Shown in pieces: positions 1-14,554 of a stretch of DNA of 64,000 nucleotides. A program made the position numbers and the translations under genes. This stretch comes from Eledone cirrhosa (taxonomy: Eukaryota), in NCBI GenBank assembly GCA_964016885.1, contig OZ024741.1:403248001-403312000 (forward strand), written 5' to 3'. Each line of letters begins with the position of its first letter. Position 1 is the stretch's first letter. The notes beneath the pieces are model-generated. The model did no database searches, was not told the DNA's origin, and was given only the letters and a program-made list of their open reading frames with translations.

Positions 1-70
1 GTGCATGTATGTATATATATACATACTACTGTACGTCTGTATACATATATGTATGTACGTATACATACTT
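1..70. mobile_element. End of another copy of the HHR-bearing element found at 28441-29410, abutting (TA)n
   Basis: ctactgtacgtctgtatacatatatgtatgtacgtatacat matches 29358-29398 and ends in (TA)n at about the same point. Confidence 0.75.
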
Positions 71-110
71 ATATATATATATATATATATATATATGTTT
101 ACCTGTACAT

Positions 111-167
<57 letters not shown>

Positions 168-199
168 CTCTCTCTCTCTCTATATATATATATTTATAT

Positions 200-560
200 A
201 GACGCCAGATGTAAGTCTATAGCTATATTTACCTGTACAACAGCAGATGTAAGTCTATAGTTATATTTACCTCTACAAAAGCAGATATACAGTTATATTT
301 ACCTGTACAGATGTAAGTCTACATCTATATTTAACTGTACAACAGCAGATATACATCAATATTTACCTGTACAGATGTAAGTCTACATCTATATTTACAT
401 GTACAACACCAGGTGTATGACTATATTTACCGGTACAACACCAAAGGTATGACTATATTTACCTGTACAATACCAGATGTAAGACTATATTTACCTGTAC
501 AACACCAGATGTAAGTCTATAGTTATATTTACTTGTACAACACAAGGTGTAAGCCCATAG
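200..560. repeat. Degenerate ~30-40 bp minisatellite (tatatttacctgtacaacagcagatgtaagtctatag)
   Basis: About 10 imperfect tandem copies. Confidence 0.85.
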
Positions 561-619
561 CTCTCTGTCTTTGTTATTTTGTATGTTGTGAAGGCACATG
601 GCTTAGTGGTTAGAGACCT

Positions 620-1097
620 ATGTCACACACACATAGGTGTGGGCTGTCACACACACACACACATAGGTCTGGGCTGTCACACACACACACATAGGTGTGG
701 GCTGTCACACACACACACATAGGTGTGGGCTGTCACACACACACACACACATATAGGTGTGATCTGTCACACACACACACACACACATATAGGTGTGGCT
801 GTCACACACACACACACATATAGGTGTGGCTGTCACACACACACACACACACATAGGTGTGGGCTGTCACACACACACACACACACATATAGGTGTGGCT
901 GTCACACACACACACATATAGGTATGGCTGTCACACACACACACACATATAGGTGTGGCTGTCACACACACACACATAGGTGTGAGCTGTCACACACACA
1001 CATATAGGTGTGGCTGTCACACACACACACACACACATAGGTGTAGCTGTCACACACACACACACACACACATATAGGTGTGGCTGTCACACACATA
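620..1097. repeat. Minisatellite ataggtgtgg(g)ctgt + variable (CA)n
   Basis: Constant core separated by CA runs of variable length; directly follows a SINE-head-like tggcttagtggttagag at ~599-616. Confidence 0.9.
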
Positions 1098-1196
1098 AAC
1101 TTTCAATAATAAAGAAGTGTGAATTCACTGGTTGTGGATCGGTTTCGTTTCAACCTGAACTTCTCTATTCAATGTTATCAATATTATCAAAAGAGC

Positions 1197-1850
1197 GCTG
1201 GATTGGCAGTATCGGTAGAGCGTCGGACAACATGCTTTGTAGCACAGAGTTACCGTCCTTTACGTTCTGATTTCAAATTCCGCCAAGGTTAGCTTTGCTT
1301 TTCATCCTTACCGGGTCGTTATAATTAAAGCACCAGTAATCCATTGGGGTCGATTTAATCGATTTTCCTCTCCCCTACAACTTATTGGCCTTGTGCCTAT
1401 AGTAGAAACATTTAGAACCAAATGGGTGGAGGTCTGGTAGTATATGTAGAGGGACGGACAACATGGTTTGCAGCACAGAGTTACATCCCTTTACATCCTG
1501 AGTTTAAATGGGTGGAGGCCTGGTAGTATATGTAGAGGGACGGACAACATGCTTTGTAGCACAGAGTTACATCCCTTTACATTCTGAGTTTAAAAGGGTC
1601 GTGGATTGGTAGTATATGTAGAGGGACGGACAACATGCTTAGCAGCATAGAGTTACATCCCTTTATATCCTGAGTTTAAAAGGGTTGGTGGCCTGGTAGA
1701 TTTGTTGACGTATCGGATGTCAATCTTGCCTTCCATCCTTTCAGGGGAAGATAAAATCAAATACCAGTAACGTATTGGCGTTGACTTACTCAACTTTCCT
1801 CTCTTTCTACTCACTGGCCTTGTAGTTAACTTAGAAATCATTATTTTTAT
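1197..1850 (+). mobile_element. Two tandem tRNA-derived SINE copies; the second has its ~88 bp head triplicated
   Basis: A-box-like tggcagtatcggtagagc, B-box-like g(a)ttcaaat, core ctttgc(c)tttcatcctt...gtcgat...accagtaa; head repeated at ~1423, ~1509, ~1595. Confidence 0.85.
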
Positions 1851-2559
1851 CAAATAGTTGAATAATTTATTGCACTAAACAGCTACTACGTAAAACCTAT
1901 TTAATTCATTGCTGAATGGAAACTACTTATTTTTTCTGTTTTTATTTCAATTATACTCAGATGTTTGAGTGTCAGTATAATTACTTAGTCTTTTATACTA
2001 CCAGGATCAATAAAATAAGTGCTTGCTGATGTTATTGTTATCGTTGATTAACGTCGAAATCAGCCCTGACCGGAGGCCGGACAGAACTATCATTAAAAGC
2101 GTTCCAGCCATGATCATCCAATCTTTTTGTATATCTAGTACTACACTGGCTAAATGTGTGTCCTTCCTTACGTTACAGATGGTAGATTCTACTTTGAGAA
2201 AGATTTAACTGCTATTTATAATAGGAAATGTGTAGAAAGAGTTGTTAAGATCTCAATGAAAGCAACCGTACAGCGACAGCTTTGTTGGTTTGGGAACAAT
2301 GTAGAGTGGGGTAGGGCGAAACTCTGACCAAGTCAAGGTTACGATTGCTTTATACAAGTACTAGCGGACGAGTGTGTTGGTCGTCCCTTCTCACTTATTT
2401 CAAAACTGCTGGCTTTGAATCAACCATTGAAATAGTTTATTATATGACATGAATGGATTCAAAAAGGAACTCAATACATGTTTGAAAGTGAGTGCCCCAT
2501 ATTCTGATTATCCAGGTCTTTATCCTTATTTTATCCATCGCCCTTAGGTGAGACAACAA

Positions 2560-2740
2560 GCACAACTTCACACCAATAGTCTCTGTTTCCCATCAAGGTT
2601 TGTAGGTTTCTTTTCTCAATTCCACTGTCCCTTGCGATGGTATCCTCGTATCTGAGCTTTCTGGTAGAGGAGATCTCTTACAACAAAGGGGCTGAAACTA
2701 TCTCATCTCTTGTGCGGAAGCAGTGACCAGCAAAACCCTA
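2560..2740 (-). pseudogene. Decayed RTE/RTE-X-type LINE ORF C-terminal fragment
   Basis: Minus strand reads FAGHCFRTRDEIVSAPLL*EISSTRKLRYEDTIARDSGIEKRNLQTLMGNRDYWCEVV, matching the FAGHC-R...Y-D-I-RD-G...M--R--W tail of RTE-type ORFs; internal stop. Confidence 0.7.
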
Positions 2741-2865
2741 TACTGAGTCCCAGTCCTTACATGAAACTAAAAGGTGGCGAAACGGCAGAGTTGTTAGAAC
2801 GTTGAATAGAATGCCTCACACTATTTGCTACGGCTTTAACTTTATTTACATAATACAGCATGAAA

Positions 2866-5800
2866 CAGTCATGGGCAAACTGAGGCCCGCGAGCCGCATG
2901 CGGCCCGTTGGGCTTTGTGAATAGCACACCTAATTTCAAAATTGCTTGAAATCTTTTTAGTAGTGCTTCTTACCTTATGATGAACCACATCCTATGTGGT
3001 CCACCTTATGATGAGCCACATCCTATGTGGTCCACCTTATGATGAGCCACATCCTATGTGGTCCACCTTATGATGAGCCACATCCTATGTGGTCCACCTT
3101 ATGATGAGTCACATCCTATGTAGTCCACCTTATGATGAACCACATCCTATGTGGTCCACCTTATGATGAGTCATATCCTATGTGGTCTACCTTATGATGA
3201 GCCACATCCTATGTGGTCCACCTTATGATGAGTCATATCCTATGTGGTCCACCTTATGATGAGTCACATCCTATGGGGCCCACCTTATGATAAGTCACAT
3301 CCTATGTGGTCCACCTTATGATGAGTCACATCCTATGTAGTCCACCTTATGATGAACCACATCCTATGTGGTCCACCTTATGATGAGTCATATCCTATGT
3401 GGTCTACCTTATGATGAGCCACATCCTATGTGGTCCACCTTATGATGAGTCATATCCTATGTGGTCCACCTTATGATGAGTCACATCCTATGTGGCCCAC
3501 CTTATGATGAGTCACATCCTATGTAGTCCACCTTATGATGAGCCACATCCTATGTGGTCCACCTTATGATGAGCCACATCCTATGTAGTCCAACTTATGA
3601 TGAGTCACATCCTATGTAGTCCACCTTATGATGAACCACATCCTATGTGGTCCACCTTATGATGAACCACATCCTATGTGGTCCACCTTATGATGAGTCA
3701 CATCCTATGTGTACCACCTTATGATGAGTCACATCCTATGTGGTCCACCTTATGATGAACCACATCCTATGTGGTCCACCTTATGATGAGTCACATCCTA
3801 TGTGGTCCACCTTATGATGAGTAACATCCTATGTGGTCCACCTTATGATGAACCACATCCTATGTGGTCCACCTTATGATGAACCACATCCTATGTGGTC
3901 CACCTTATGATGAGTAACATCCTATGTGGTCCACCTTATGATGAGTCACATCCTATGTGGTCCACCTTATGATGAGTCACATCCTATGTAGTCCACCTTA
4001 TGATGAACCACATCCTATGTAGTCCACCTTATGATGAACCACATCCTATGTAGTCCACCTTATGATGAGTCACATCCTATGTGGTCCACCTTATGATGAA
4101 CCACATCCTATGTGGTCCACCTTATGATGAGTCACATCCTATGTAGTCCACCTTATGATGAGTCACATCCTATGTAGTCCACCTTATGATGAGCCACATC
4201 CTATGTGGTCCACCTTATGATGAGCCACATCCTATGTGGTCCACCTTATGATGAACCACATCCTATGTGGTCCACCTTATGATGAGCCACATCCTATGTG
4301 GTCCACCTTATGATGAACCACATCCTATGTGGTCCACCTTATGATGAACCACATCCTATGTAGTCCACCTTATGATGAGTCACATCCTATGTGGTCCACC
4401 TTATGATGAACCACATCCTATGTGGTCCACCTTATGATGAGTCACATCCTATGTAGTCCACCTTATGATGAGTCACATCCTATGTAGTCCACCTTATGAT
4501 GAGCCACATCCTATGTGGTCCACCTTATGATGAGCCACATCCTATGTGGTCCACCTTATGATGAACCACATCCTATGTGGTCCACCTTATGATGAGTAAT
4601 ATCCTATGTAGTCCACCTTATGATGAGCCACATCCTATGTGGTCCACCTTATGATGAACCACATCCTATGTGGTCCACCTTATGATGAGTCACATCCTAT
4701 GTGGTCCACCTTATGATGAACCACATCCTATGTGGTCCACCTTATGATGAGCCACATCCTATGTGGTCCACCTTATGATGAGCCACATCCTATGTGGTCC
4801 ACCTTATGATGAACCACATCCTATGTGGTCCACCTTATGATGAGTAATATCCTATGTAGTCCACCTTATGATGAACCACATCCTATGTGGTCCACCTTAT
4901 GATGAACCACATCCTATGTGGTCCACCTTATGATGAGCCACATCCTATGTGGTCCACCTTATGATGAGCCAGATCCTATGTGGTCCACCTTATGATGAAC
5001 CACATCCTATGTAGTCCACCTTATGATGAGTCACATCCTATGTAGTCCACCTTATGATGAGTCACATCCTATGTGGTCCACCTTATGATGAGTAACATCC
5101 TATGTGGTCCACCTTATGATGAGCCACATCCTATGTGGTCCACCTTATGATGAACCACATCCTATGTGGTCCACCTTATGATGAGCCACATCCTATGTGG
5201 TCCACCTTATGATGAACCACATCCTATGTGGTCCACCTTATGATGAGCCACATCCTATGTGGTCCACCTTATGATGAGTCACATCCTATGTGGTCCACCT
5301 TATGATGAGTAATATCCTATGTGGTCCACCTTATGATGAGTCACATCCTATGTGGTCCACCTTATGGTGAACCACATCCTATGTGGTCCACCTTATGATG
5401 AGTAACATCCTATGTGGTCCACCTTATGATGAGTCACATCCTATGTAGTCCACCTTATGATGAGCCACATCCTATGTGGTCCACCTTATGGTGAACCACA
5501 TCCTATGTGGTCCACCTTATGGTGAACCACATCCTATGTGGTCCACCTTATGATGAGTCACATCCTATGTGGCCCACCTTATGATGAACCACATCCTATG
5601 TAGTCCACCTTATCATGAGCCACATCCTATGTGGTCCACCTTATGATTAGTCACATCCTATGTGGTCCACCTTATGATGAGCCACATCCTATGTGGTCCA
5701 CCTTATGATGAACCACATCCTATGTGGTCCACCTTATGATGAGCCACATCCTATGTGGCCCACCTTATGATGAACCACATCCTATGTGGTCCACCTTATG

Positions 5801-8800
5801 ATGAGTAACATCCTATGTAGTCCACCTTATGATGAACCACATCCTATGTGGTCCACCTTATGATGAGCCACATCCTATGTGGTCCACCTTATGATGAGTC
5901 ACATCCTATGTGGCCCACCTTATGATGAACCACATCCTATGTAGTCCACCTTATGATGAACCACATCCTATGTGGTCCACCTTATGATGAGCCACATCCT
6001 ATGTGGTCCACCTTATGATGAGCCACATCCTATGTGGCCCACCTTATGATGAACCACATCCTATGTGGTCCACCTTATGATGAGTAACATCCTATGTGGT
6101 CCACCTTATGATGAGTCACATCCTATGTGGTCCACCTTATGATGAGCCACATCCTATGTGGTCCACCTTATGATGAGTAACATCCTCTGTGGTCCACCTT
6201 ATGATGAGTCACATCCTATGTGGTCCACCTTATGATGAGTCACATCCTATGTAGTCCACCTTATGATGAACCACATCCTATGTAGTCCACCTTATGATGA
6301 GTCACATCCTATGTGGTCCACCTTATGATGAACCACATCCTATGTAGTCCACCTTATGATGAGTCACATCCTATGTGGTCCACCTTATGATGAGTCACAT
6401 CCTATGTGGTCCACCTTATGTTGAGCCACATCCTATGTAGTCCACCTTATGATGAGCCACATCCTATGTGGTCCACCTTATGATGAACCACATCCTATGT
6501 AGTCCACCTTATGATGAGCCACATCCTATGTAGTCCACCTTATGATGAACCACATCCTATGTAGTCCACCTTATGATGAGCCACATCCTATGTGGTCCAC
6601 CTTATGATGAGTCACATCCTATGTAGTCCACCTTATGATGAGTCACATCCTATGTAGTCCACCTTATGATGAGCCACATCCTATGTGGTCCACCTTATGA
6701 TGAGTAACATCCTATGTGGTCCACCTTATGATGAGCCACATCCTATGTGGTCCACCTTATGATGAACCACATCCTATGTGGTCCACCTTATGATGAGTAA
6801 CATCCTATGTGGTCCACCTTATGATGAGTCACATCCTATGTAGTCCACCTTATGATGAAGCACATCCTATGTGGCCCACCTTATGATGAGTCACATCCTA
6901 TGTGGTCCACCTTATGATGAGCCACATCCTATGTGGTCCACCTTATGATGAGTCACATCCTATGTGGTCCACCTTATGATGAGTCACATCCTATGTGGTC
7001 CACCTTATGATGAACCACATCCTATGTGGTCCACCTTATGATGAGTCACATCCTATGTGGTCCACCTTATGATGAACCACATCCTATGTGGTCCACCTTA
7101 TGATGAGTCACATCCTATGTAGTCCACCTTATGATGAGTCACATCCTATGTGGTCCACCTTATGATGAGTCACATCCTATGTGGTCCACCTTATGATGAG
7201 CCACATCCTATGTGGTCCACCTTATGATGAGTCACATCCTATGTGGTCCACCTTATGATGAGTCACATCCTATGTGGTCCACCTTATGATGAACCACATC
7301 CTATGTGGTCCACCTTATGATGAGTCACATCCTATGTGGTCCACCTTATGATGAGTCACATCCTATGTAGTCCACCTTATGATGAGTCACATCCTATGTA
7401 GTCCACCTTATGATGAACCACATCCTATGTGGTCCACCTTATGGTGAACCACATCCTATGTGGTCCACCTTATGATGAACCACATCCTATGTGGTCCACC
7501 TTATGATGAGCCACATCTTATGTGGTCCACCTTATGATGAACCACATCCTATGTGGCCCACCGTATGATGAGCCACATCCTATGTGGTCCACCTTATGAT
7601 GAGCCACATCCTATGTGGTCCACCTTATGTTGAGCCACATCCTATGTAGTCCACCTTATGATGAGCCACATCCTATGTGGTCCACCTTATGATGAACCAC
7701 ATCCTATGTAGTCCACCTTATGATGAGCCACATCCTATGTAGTCCACCTTATGATGAACCAAATCCTATGTAGTCCACCTTATGATGAGCCACATCCTAT
7801 GTGGTCCACCTTATGATGAGTCACATCCTATGTAGTCCACCTTATGATGAGTCACATCCTATGTAGTCCACCTTATGATGAGCCACATCCTATGTGGTCC
7901 ACCTTATGATGAGTAACATCCTATGTGGTCCACCTTATGATGAGCCACATCCTATGTGGTCCACCTTATGATGAACCACATCCTATGTGGTCCACCTTAT
8001 GATGAGTAACATCCTATGTGGTCCACCTTATGATGAGTCACATCCTATGTAGTCCACCTTATGATGAAGCACATCCTATGTGGCCCACCTTATGATGAGT
8101 CACATCCTATGTGGTCCACCTTATGATGAGCCACATCCTATGTGGTCCACCTTATGATGAGTCACATCCTATGTGGTCCACCTTATGATGAGTCACATCC
8201 TATGTGGTCCACCTTATGATGAACCACATCCTATGTGGTCCACCTTATGATGAGTCACATCCTATGTGGTCCACCTTATGATGAACCACATCCTATGTGG
8301 TCCACCTTATGATGAGTCACATCCTATGTAGTCCACCTTATGATGAGTCACATCCTATGTGGCCCACCTTATGATGAGTCACATCCTATGTGGTCCACCT
8401 TATGATGAGCCACATCCTATGTGGTCCACCTTATGATGAGTCACATCCTATGTGGTCCACCTTATGGTGAACCACATCCTATGTGGTCCACCTTATGATG
8501 AACCACATCCTATGTGGTCCACCTTATGATGAGCCACATCTTATGTGGTCCACCTTATGATGAACCACATCCTATGTGGCCCACCGTATGATGAGCCACA
8601 TCCTATGTGGTCCACCTTATGATGAGCCACATCCTATGTGGTCCACCTTATGATGAGTAACATCCTGTGGTCCACCTTAGGATGAGTCACATCCTATGTA
8701 GTCCACCTTATGATGAACCACATCCTATGTGGTCCACCTTATGGTGAACCACATCCTATGTGGTCCACCTTATGATGAGTCACATCCTATGTAGTCCACC

Positions 8801-11800
8801 TTATGATGAGTCACATCCTATGTAGTCCACCTTATGATGAACCACATCCTATGTGGTCCACCTTATGGTGAACCACATCCTATGTGGTCCACCTTATGAT
8901 GAACCACATCCTATGTGGTCCACCTTATGATGAGTCACATCCTATGTGGTCCACCTTATGATGATCCACATCCTATGTGGTCCACCTTAGGATGAGCCAC
9001 ATCCTATGTGGTCCACCTTATGATGAGTCACATCCTATGTAGTCCACCTTATGATGAGTAATATCCTATGTGGTCCACCTTATGATGAGTCACATCCTAT
9101 GTGGTCCACCTTATGGTGAACCACATCCTATGTGGTCCACCTTATGATGAGTAACATCCTATGTGGTCCACCTTATGATGAGTCACATCCTATGTAGTCC
9201 ACCTTATGATGAGCCACATCCTATGTGGTCCACCTTATGGTGAACCACATCCTATGTGGTCCACCTTATGGTGAACCACATCCTATGTGGTCCACCATAT
9301 GATGAGTCACATCCTATGTGGCCCACCTTATGATGAACCACATCCTATGTAGTCCACCTTATCATGAGCCACATCCTATGTGGTCCACCTTATGATGAGT
9401 CACATCCTATGTGGTCCACCTTATGATGAGCCACATCCTATGTGGTCCACCTTATGATGAACCACATCCTATGTGGTCCACCTTATGATGAGCCACATCC
9501 TATGTGGCCCACCTTATGATGAACCACATCCTATGTGGTCCACCTTATGATGAGTAACATCCTATGTAGTCCACCTTATGATGAACCACATCCTATGTGG
9601 TCCACCTTATGATGAGCCACATCCTATGTGGTCCACCTTATGATGAGTCACATCCTATGTGGCCCACCTTATGATGAACCACATCCTATGTAGTCCACCT
9701 TATGATGAACCACATCCTATGTGGTCCACCTTATGATGAGCCACATCCTATGTGGTCCACCTTATGATGAGCCACATCCTATGTGGCCCACCTTATGATG
9801 AACCACATCCTATGTGGTCCACCTTATGATGAGTAACATCCTATGTGGTCCACCTTATGATGAGTCACATCCTATGTGGTCCACCTTATGATGAGCCACA
9901 TCCTATGTGGTCCACCTTATGATGAGTAACATCCTCTGTGGTCCACCTTATGATGAGTCACATCCTATGTGGTCCACCTTATGATGAGTCACATCCTATG
10001 TAGTCCACCTTATGATGAACCACATCCTATGTAGTCCACCTTATGATGAGTCACATCCTATGTGGTCCACCTTATGATGAACCACATCCTATGTAGTCCA
10101 CCTTATGATGAGTCACATCCTATGTGGTCCACCTTATGATGAGTCACATCCTATGTGGTCCACCTTATGTTGAGCCACATCCTATGTAGTCCAGCTTATG
10201 ATGAGCCACATCCTATGTGGTCCACCTTATGATGAACCACATCCTATGTAGTCCACCTTATGATGAGCCACATCCTATGTAGTCCACCTTATGATGAACC
10301 ACATCCTATGTAGTCCACCTTATGATGAGCCACATCCTATGTGGTCCACCTTATGATGAGTCACATCCTATGTAGTCCACCTTATGATGAGTCACATCCT
10401 ATGTAATCCACCTTATGATGAGCCACATCCTATGTGGTCCACCTTATGATGAGTAACATCCTATGTGGTCCACCTTATGATGAGCCACATCCTATGTGGT
10501 CCACCTTATGATGAACCACATCCTATGTGGTCCACCTTATGATGAGTAACATCCTATGTTATCCACCTTATGATGAGTCACATCCTATGTAGTCCACCTT
10601 ATGATGAAGCACATCCTATGTGGCCCACCTTATGATGAGTCACATCCTATGTGGTCCACCTTATGATGAGCCACATCCTATGTGGTCCACCTTATGATGA
10701 GTCACATCCTATGTGGTCCACCTTATGATGAGTCACATCCTATGTGGTCCACCTTATGATGAACCACATCCTATGTGGTCCACCTTATGATGAGTCACAT
10801 CCTATGTGGTCCACCTTATGATGAACCACATCCTATGTGGTCCACCTTATGATGAGTCACATCCTATGTAGTCCACCTTATGATGAGTCACATCCTATGT
10901 GGCCCACCTTATGATGAGTCACATCCTATGTGGTCCACCTTATGATGAGCCACATCCTATGTGGTCCACCTTATGATGAGTCACATCCTATGTGGTCCAC
11001 CTTATGATGAGTCACATCCTATGTGGTCCACCTTATGATGAACCACATCCTATGTGGTCCACCTTATGATGAGTCACATCCTATGTGGTCCACCTTATGA
11101 TGAGTCACATCCTATGTAGTCCACCTTATGATGAGTCACATCCTATGTAGTCCACCTTATGATGAACCACATCCTATGTGGTCCACCTTATGGTGAACCA
11201 CATCCTATGTGGTCCACCTTATGATGAACCACATCCTATGTGGTCCACCTTATGATGAGCCACATCTTATGTGGTCCACCTTATGATGAACCACATCCTA
11301 TGTGGCCCACCGTATGATGAGCCACATCCTATGTGGTCCACCTTATGATGAACCACATCCTATGTGGTCCACCTTATGATGAGTAACATCCTATGTGGTC
11401 CACCTTAGGATGAGTCACATCCTATGTAGTCCACCTTATGATGAACCACATCCTATGTGGTCCACCTTATGGTGAACCACATCCTATGTGGTCCACCTTA
11501 TGATGAGTCACATCCTATGTAGTCCACCTTATGATGAGTCACATCCTATGTAGTCCACCTTATGATGAACCACATCCTATGTGGTCCACCTTATGGTGAA
11601 CCACATCCTATGTGGTCCACCTTATGATGAACCACATCCTATGTGGTCCACCTTATGATGAGTCACATCCTATGTGGTCCACCTTATGATGAGCCACATC
11701 CTATGTGGTCCACCTTAGGATGAGCCACATCCTATGTGGTCCACCTTATGATGAGTCACATCCTATGTAGTCCACCTTATGATGAGCCACATCCTATGTG

Positions 11801-13692
11801 GTCCACCTTATGATGAGTCACATCCTATGTAGTCCACCTTATGATGAACCACATCCTATGTGGTCCACTTTATGATAAACCACATCCTATGTGGTCCACC
11901 TTATGATGAGTAACATCCTATGTGGTCCACCTTATGATGAGTCACATCCTATGTGGCGCACTTTATGATGAACCACATCCTCTGTGGTCCACCTTATGAT
12001 GAGTCACATCCTATGTTGTCCACCTTATGGTGAACCACATCCTATGTGGTCCACCTTATGATGAGTCACATCCTATGTGGTCCACCTTATGATGAGTCAC
12101 ATCCTATGTGGCGCACTTTATGATAAACCACATCCTATGTGGTCCACCTTATGATGAGTCACATCCTATGTGGTCCACCTTATGATGAGTCACATCCTAT
12201 GTGGCGCACTTTATGATAAACCACATCCTATGTGGTCCACCTTATGATGAGTCACATCCTATGTGGTCCACCTTATGATGAGCCACATCCTATGTGGTCC
12301 ACCTTATGATGAACCACATCCTATGTGGTCCACCTTATGATGAGCCACATCCTATGTGGTCCACCTTATGATGAGCCACATCCTATGTGGTCCACCTTAT
12401 GATGAGTCACATCCTATGTGGCGCACTTTATGATAAACCACATCCTATGTAGTCCACCTTATGATGAACCACATCCTATGTAGTCCACCTTATGATGAGT
12501 AATATCCTATGTGGTCCACCTTATGATGAGTCACATCCTATGTGGTCCACCTTATGTTGAACCACATCCTATGTGGTCCACCTTATGATGAACCACATCC
12601 TATGTGGTCCACCTTATGATGAACCACATCCTATGTAGTCCACCTTATGATGAGTCACATCCTATGTGGTCCACCTTATGATGAACCACATACTATGTGG
12701 TCCACCTTATGATGAACCACATCCTATGTGGTCCACCTTATGATGAGTCACATCCTATGTGGTCCACCTTATGATGAGCCACATCCTATGTGATCCAGCT
12801 TATGATGAACCACATTCTATGTGGTCCACCTTATGATGAGCCACATCCTATGTGGTCCACCTTATGATGAGCCACATCCTATGTGGTCCACCTTATGATG
12901 AGTCACATCCTATGTGGTCCACCTTATGATGAGTCACATCCTATGTAGTCCACCTTATGATGAACCACATCCTATGTGGTCCACCTTATGATGAACCACA
13001 TCCTATGTGGTCCACCTTATGATGAGTCACATCCTATGTGGTCCACCTTATGATGAGTAACATCCTATGTAGTCCACCTTATGATGAGTAACATCCTATG
13101 TAGTCCACCTTATGATGAGTCACATCCTATGTGGTCCAGCTTATGATGAGTCACACCCTATGTGGTCCACTTTGTGATGAACCACATCCTATGTGGTCCA
13201 CCTTATGATGAGCCACATCCTATGTGGTCCACCTTATGATGAGCCACATCCTATGTGATCCAGCTTATGATGAACCACATCCTATGTGGTCCAGCTTATG
13301 ATGAGTCACATCCTATGTGGTCCACTTTGTGATGAACCACATCCTATGTGGTCCACCTTATGATGAGTAACATCCTATGTGGTCCACCTTAAGATGAGCC
13401 ACATCCTATGTGGTCCACCTTATAATGAACCACATCCTATGTGGTCCACTTTGTGATGAACCACATCCTATGTGGTCCACCTTATGATGAGCCACATCCT
13501 ATGTGGTCCACCTTAAGATGAGCCACATCCTATGTGGTCCACCTTATGATGAGCCATATCCTATGTGGCCCACCTTATGATGAGCCACATCCTATGTGGC
13601 CCACCTTATGATGAATCATATGCTATACAGCCTGTCTTATGATGAGCCACATCCTATGCGATCCACGGCTGGAAAACAATTGCCTATGCCTA
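2866..13692. mobile_element. Non-autonomous hAT-like element inflated by an internal satellite
   Basis: Left end cagtcatgggcaaactgaggcccgcgagccgcatgcggccc is a typical hAT/Charlie-like terminus; right end ttgcctatgccta is its imperfect inverted repeat; no 8 bp TSD preserved. Confidence 0.65.
2970..13665. repeat. 31 bp satellite (ccaccttatgatgaRYcacatcctatgtRgt), roughly 345 copies
   Basis: Period of 31 read directly (3001, 3032, ...); each unit contains the hairpin ccacat-cct-atgtgg. Confidence 0.98.
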
Positions 13693-13861
13693 GTTCAGAA
13701 GGTGAATGATTGGAATTATAGAATTGTTAAAGATTCAGAAAAAACCCTTGAGATATTAAGTTACACTCCACCCCATTACTCATACACCTCTTAGGGTCAA
13801 CTGTCTCGGCTTCCTAAATCTGTGGCCTTGAACCGTTCTAAGAAATCTGTATGATACAGTA

Positions 13862-14175
13862 TAGCTGACCAAGATACTCTCAAATGAGGTTTAATTTTCA
13901 ACATAGTTCCTGGAAAGAAACAACAGTTATTAATAAGAAGAGTTAACATTAATGTACGCAAGATTTCACAGCTCTAGCATCACTCTTTGAAAAGTTCATA
14001 TGCTGACCAAGATACTCTTATGGAATGACCAAATGAGTATTTTTTCAACATAGTCCCAGGAAAGAAACAATGCAGTTTTAAATAAGAGGAGTTGAAATTA
14101 ATGCATGCAAGATTTCACAGCTCTAGCATCACTCCTTCATAGTCGGGCTACTAATTTTTCCACCTACCCTCGTAC
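13862..14175 (+). mobile_element. Mariner-type MITE remnant with internal tandem duplication
   Basis: gctgaccaagatactct...gatttcacagctctagcatcactc occurs twice and the element ends ...accctcgta; same family as 55485-55603 and 20737-21000. Confidence 0.7.
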
Positions 14176-14554
14176 AATGTCTTCCAGTAGTCAATGGAAT
14201 ACTGTGCACCCTTGCCATCATAGTCATCCATTAAGAAGACCGCCTTCCCTCACTCAAAACACCTCACTGTTTATATCTAAAATGTTCACGTATATTTGCT
14301 TGATTGAATCCTTACCGCATTGTTATCTTAGAAACCGCTGAAGCATGGTTTTATGAACGGCTGGCTGAGTCAAGAAGATAAAAAAAAGACGAACGAAATG
14401 GTAAAACCTTGTAGCTTATAAGTATATACAGCAACTTAGCTTCCTTCACATATTAGAGGAGAGAACATCTAACGGTGGAAAATACCTTGAAATACTTTTT
14501 ACATTTGTTAAGAAAAACTGCTTCCATTTTTATTAAGTTTTTCAGGGTGCAGTA

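Noticed and set aside
5-1270. YI/SL/TH-rich ORFs here and throughout the window
   Set aside because: Translations of (TA)n, (CT)n and (CA)n microsatellites
2970-13665. CRISPR array, box C/D snoRNA array (atgatga) or hammerhead array
   Set aside because: No unique spacers, no box D pairing, no GAAA half-core; a plain tandem satellite in eukaryotic DNA
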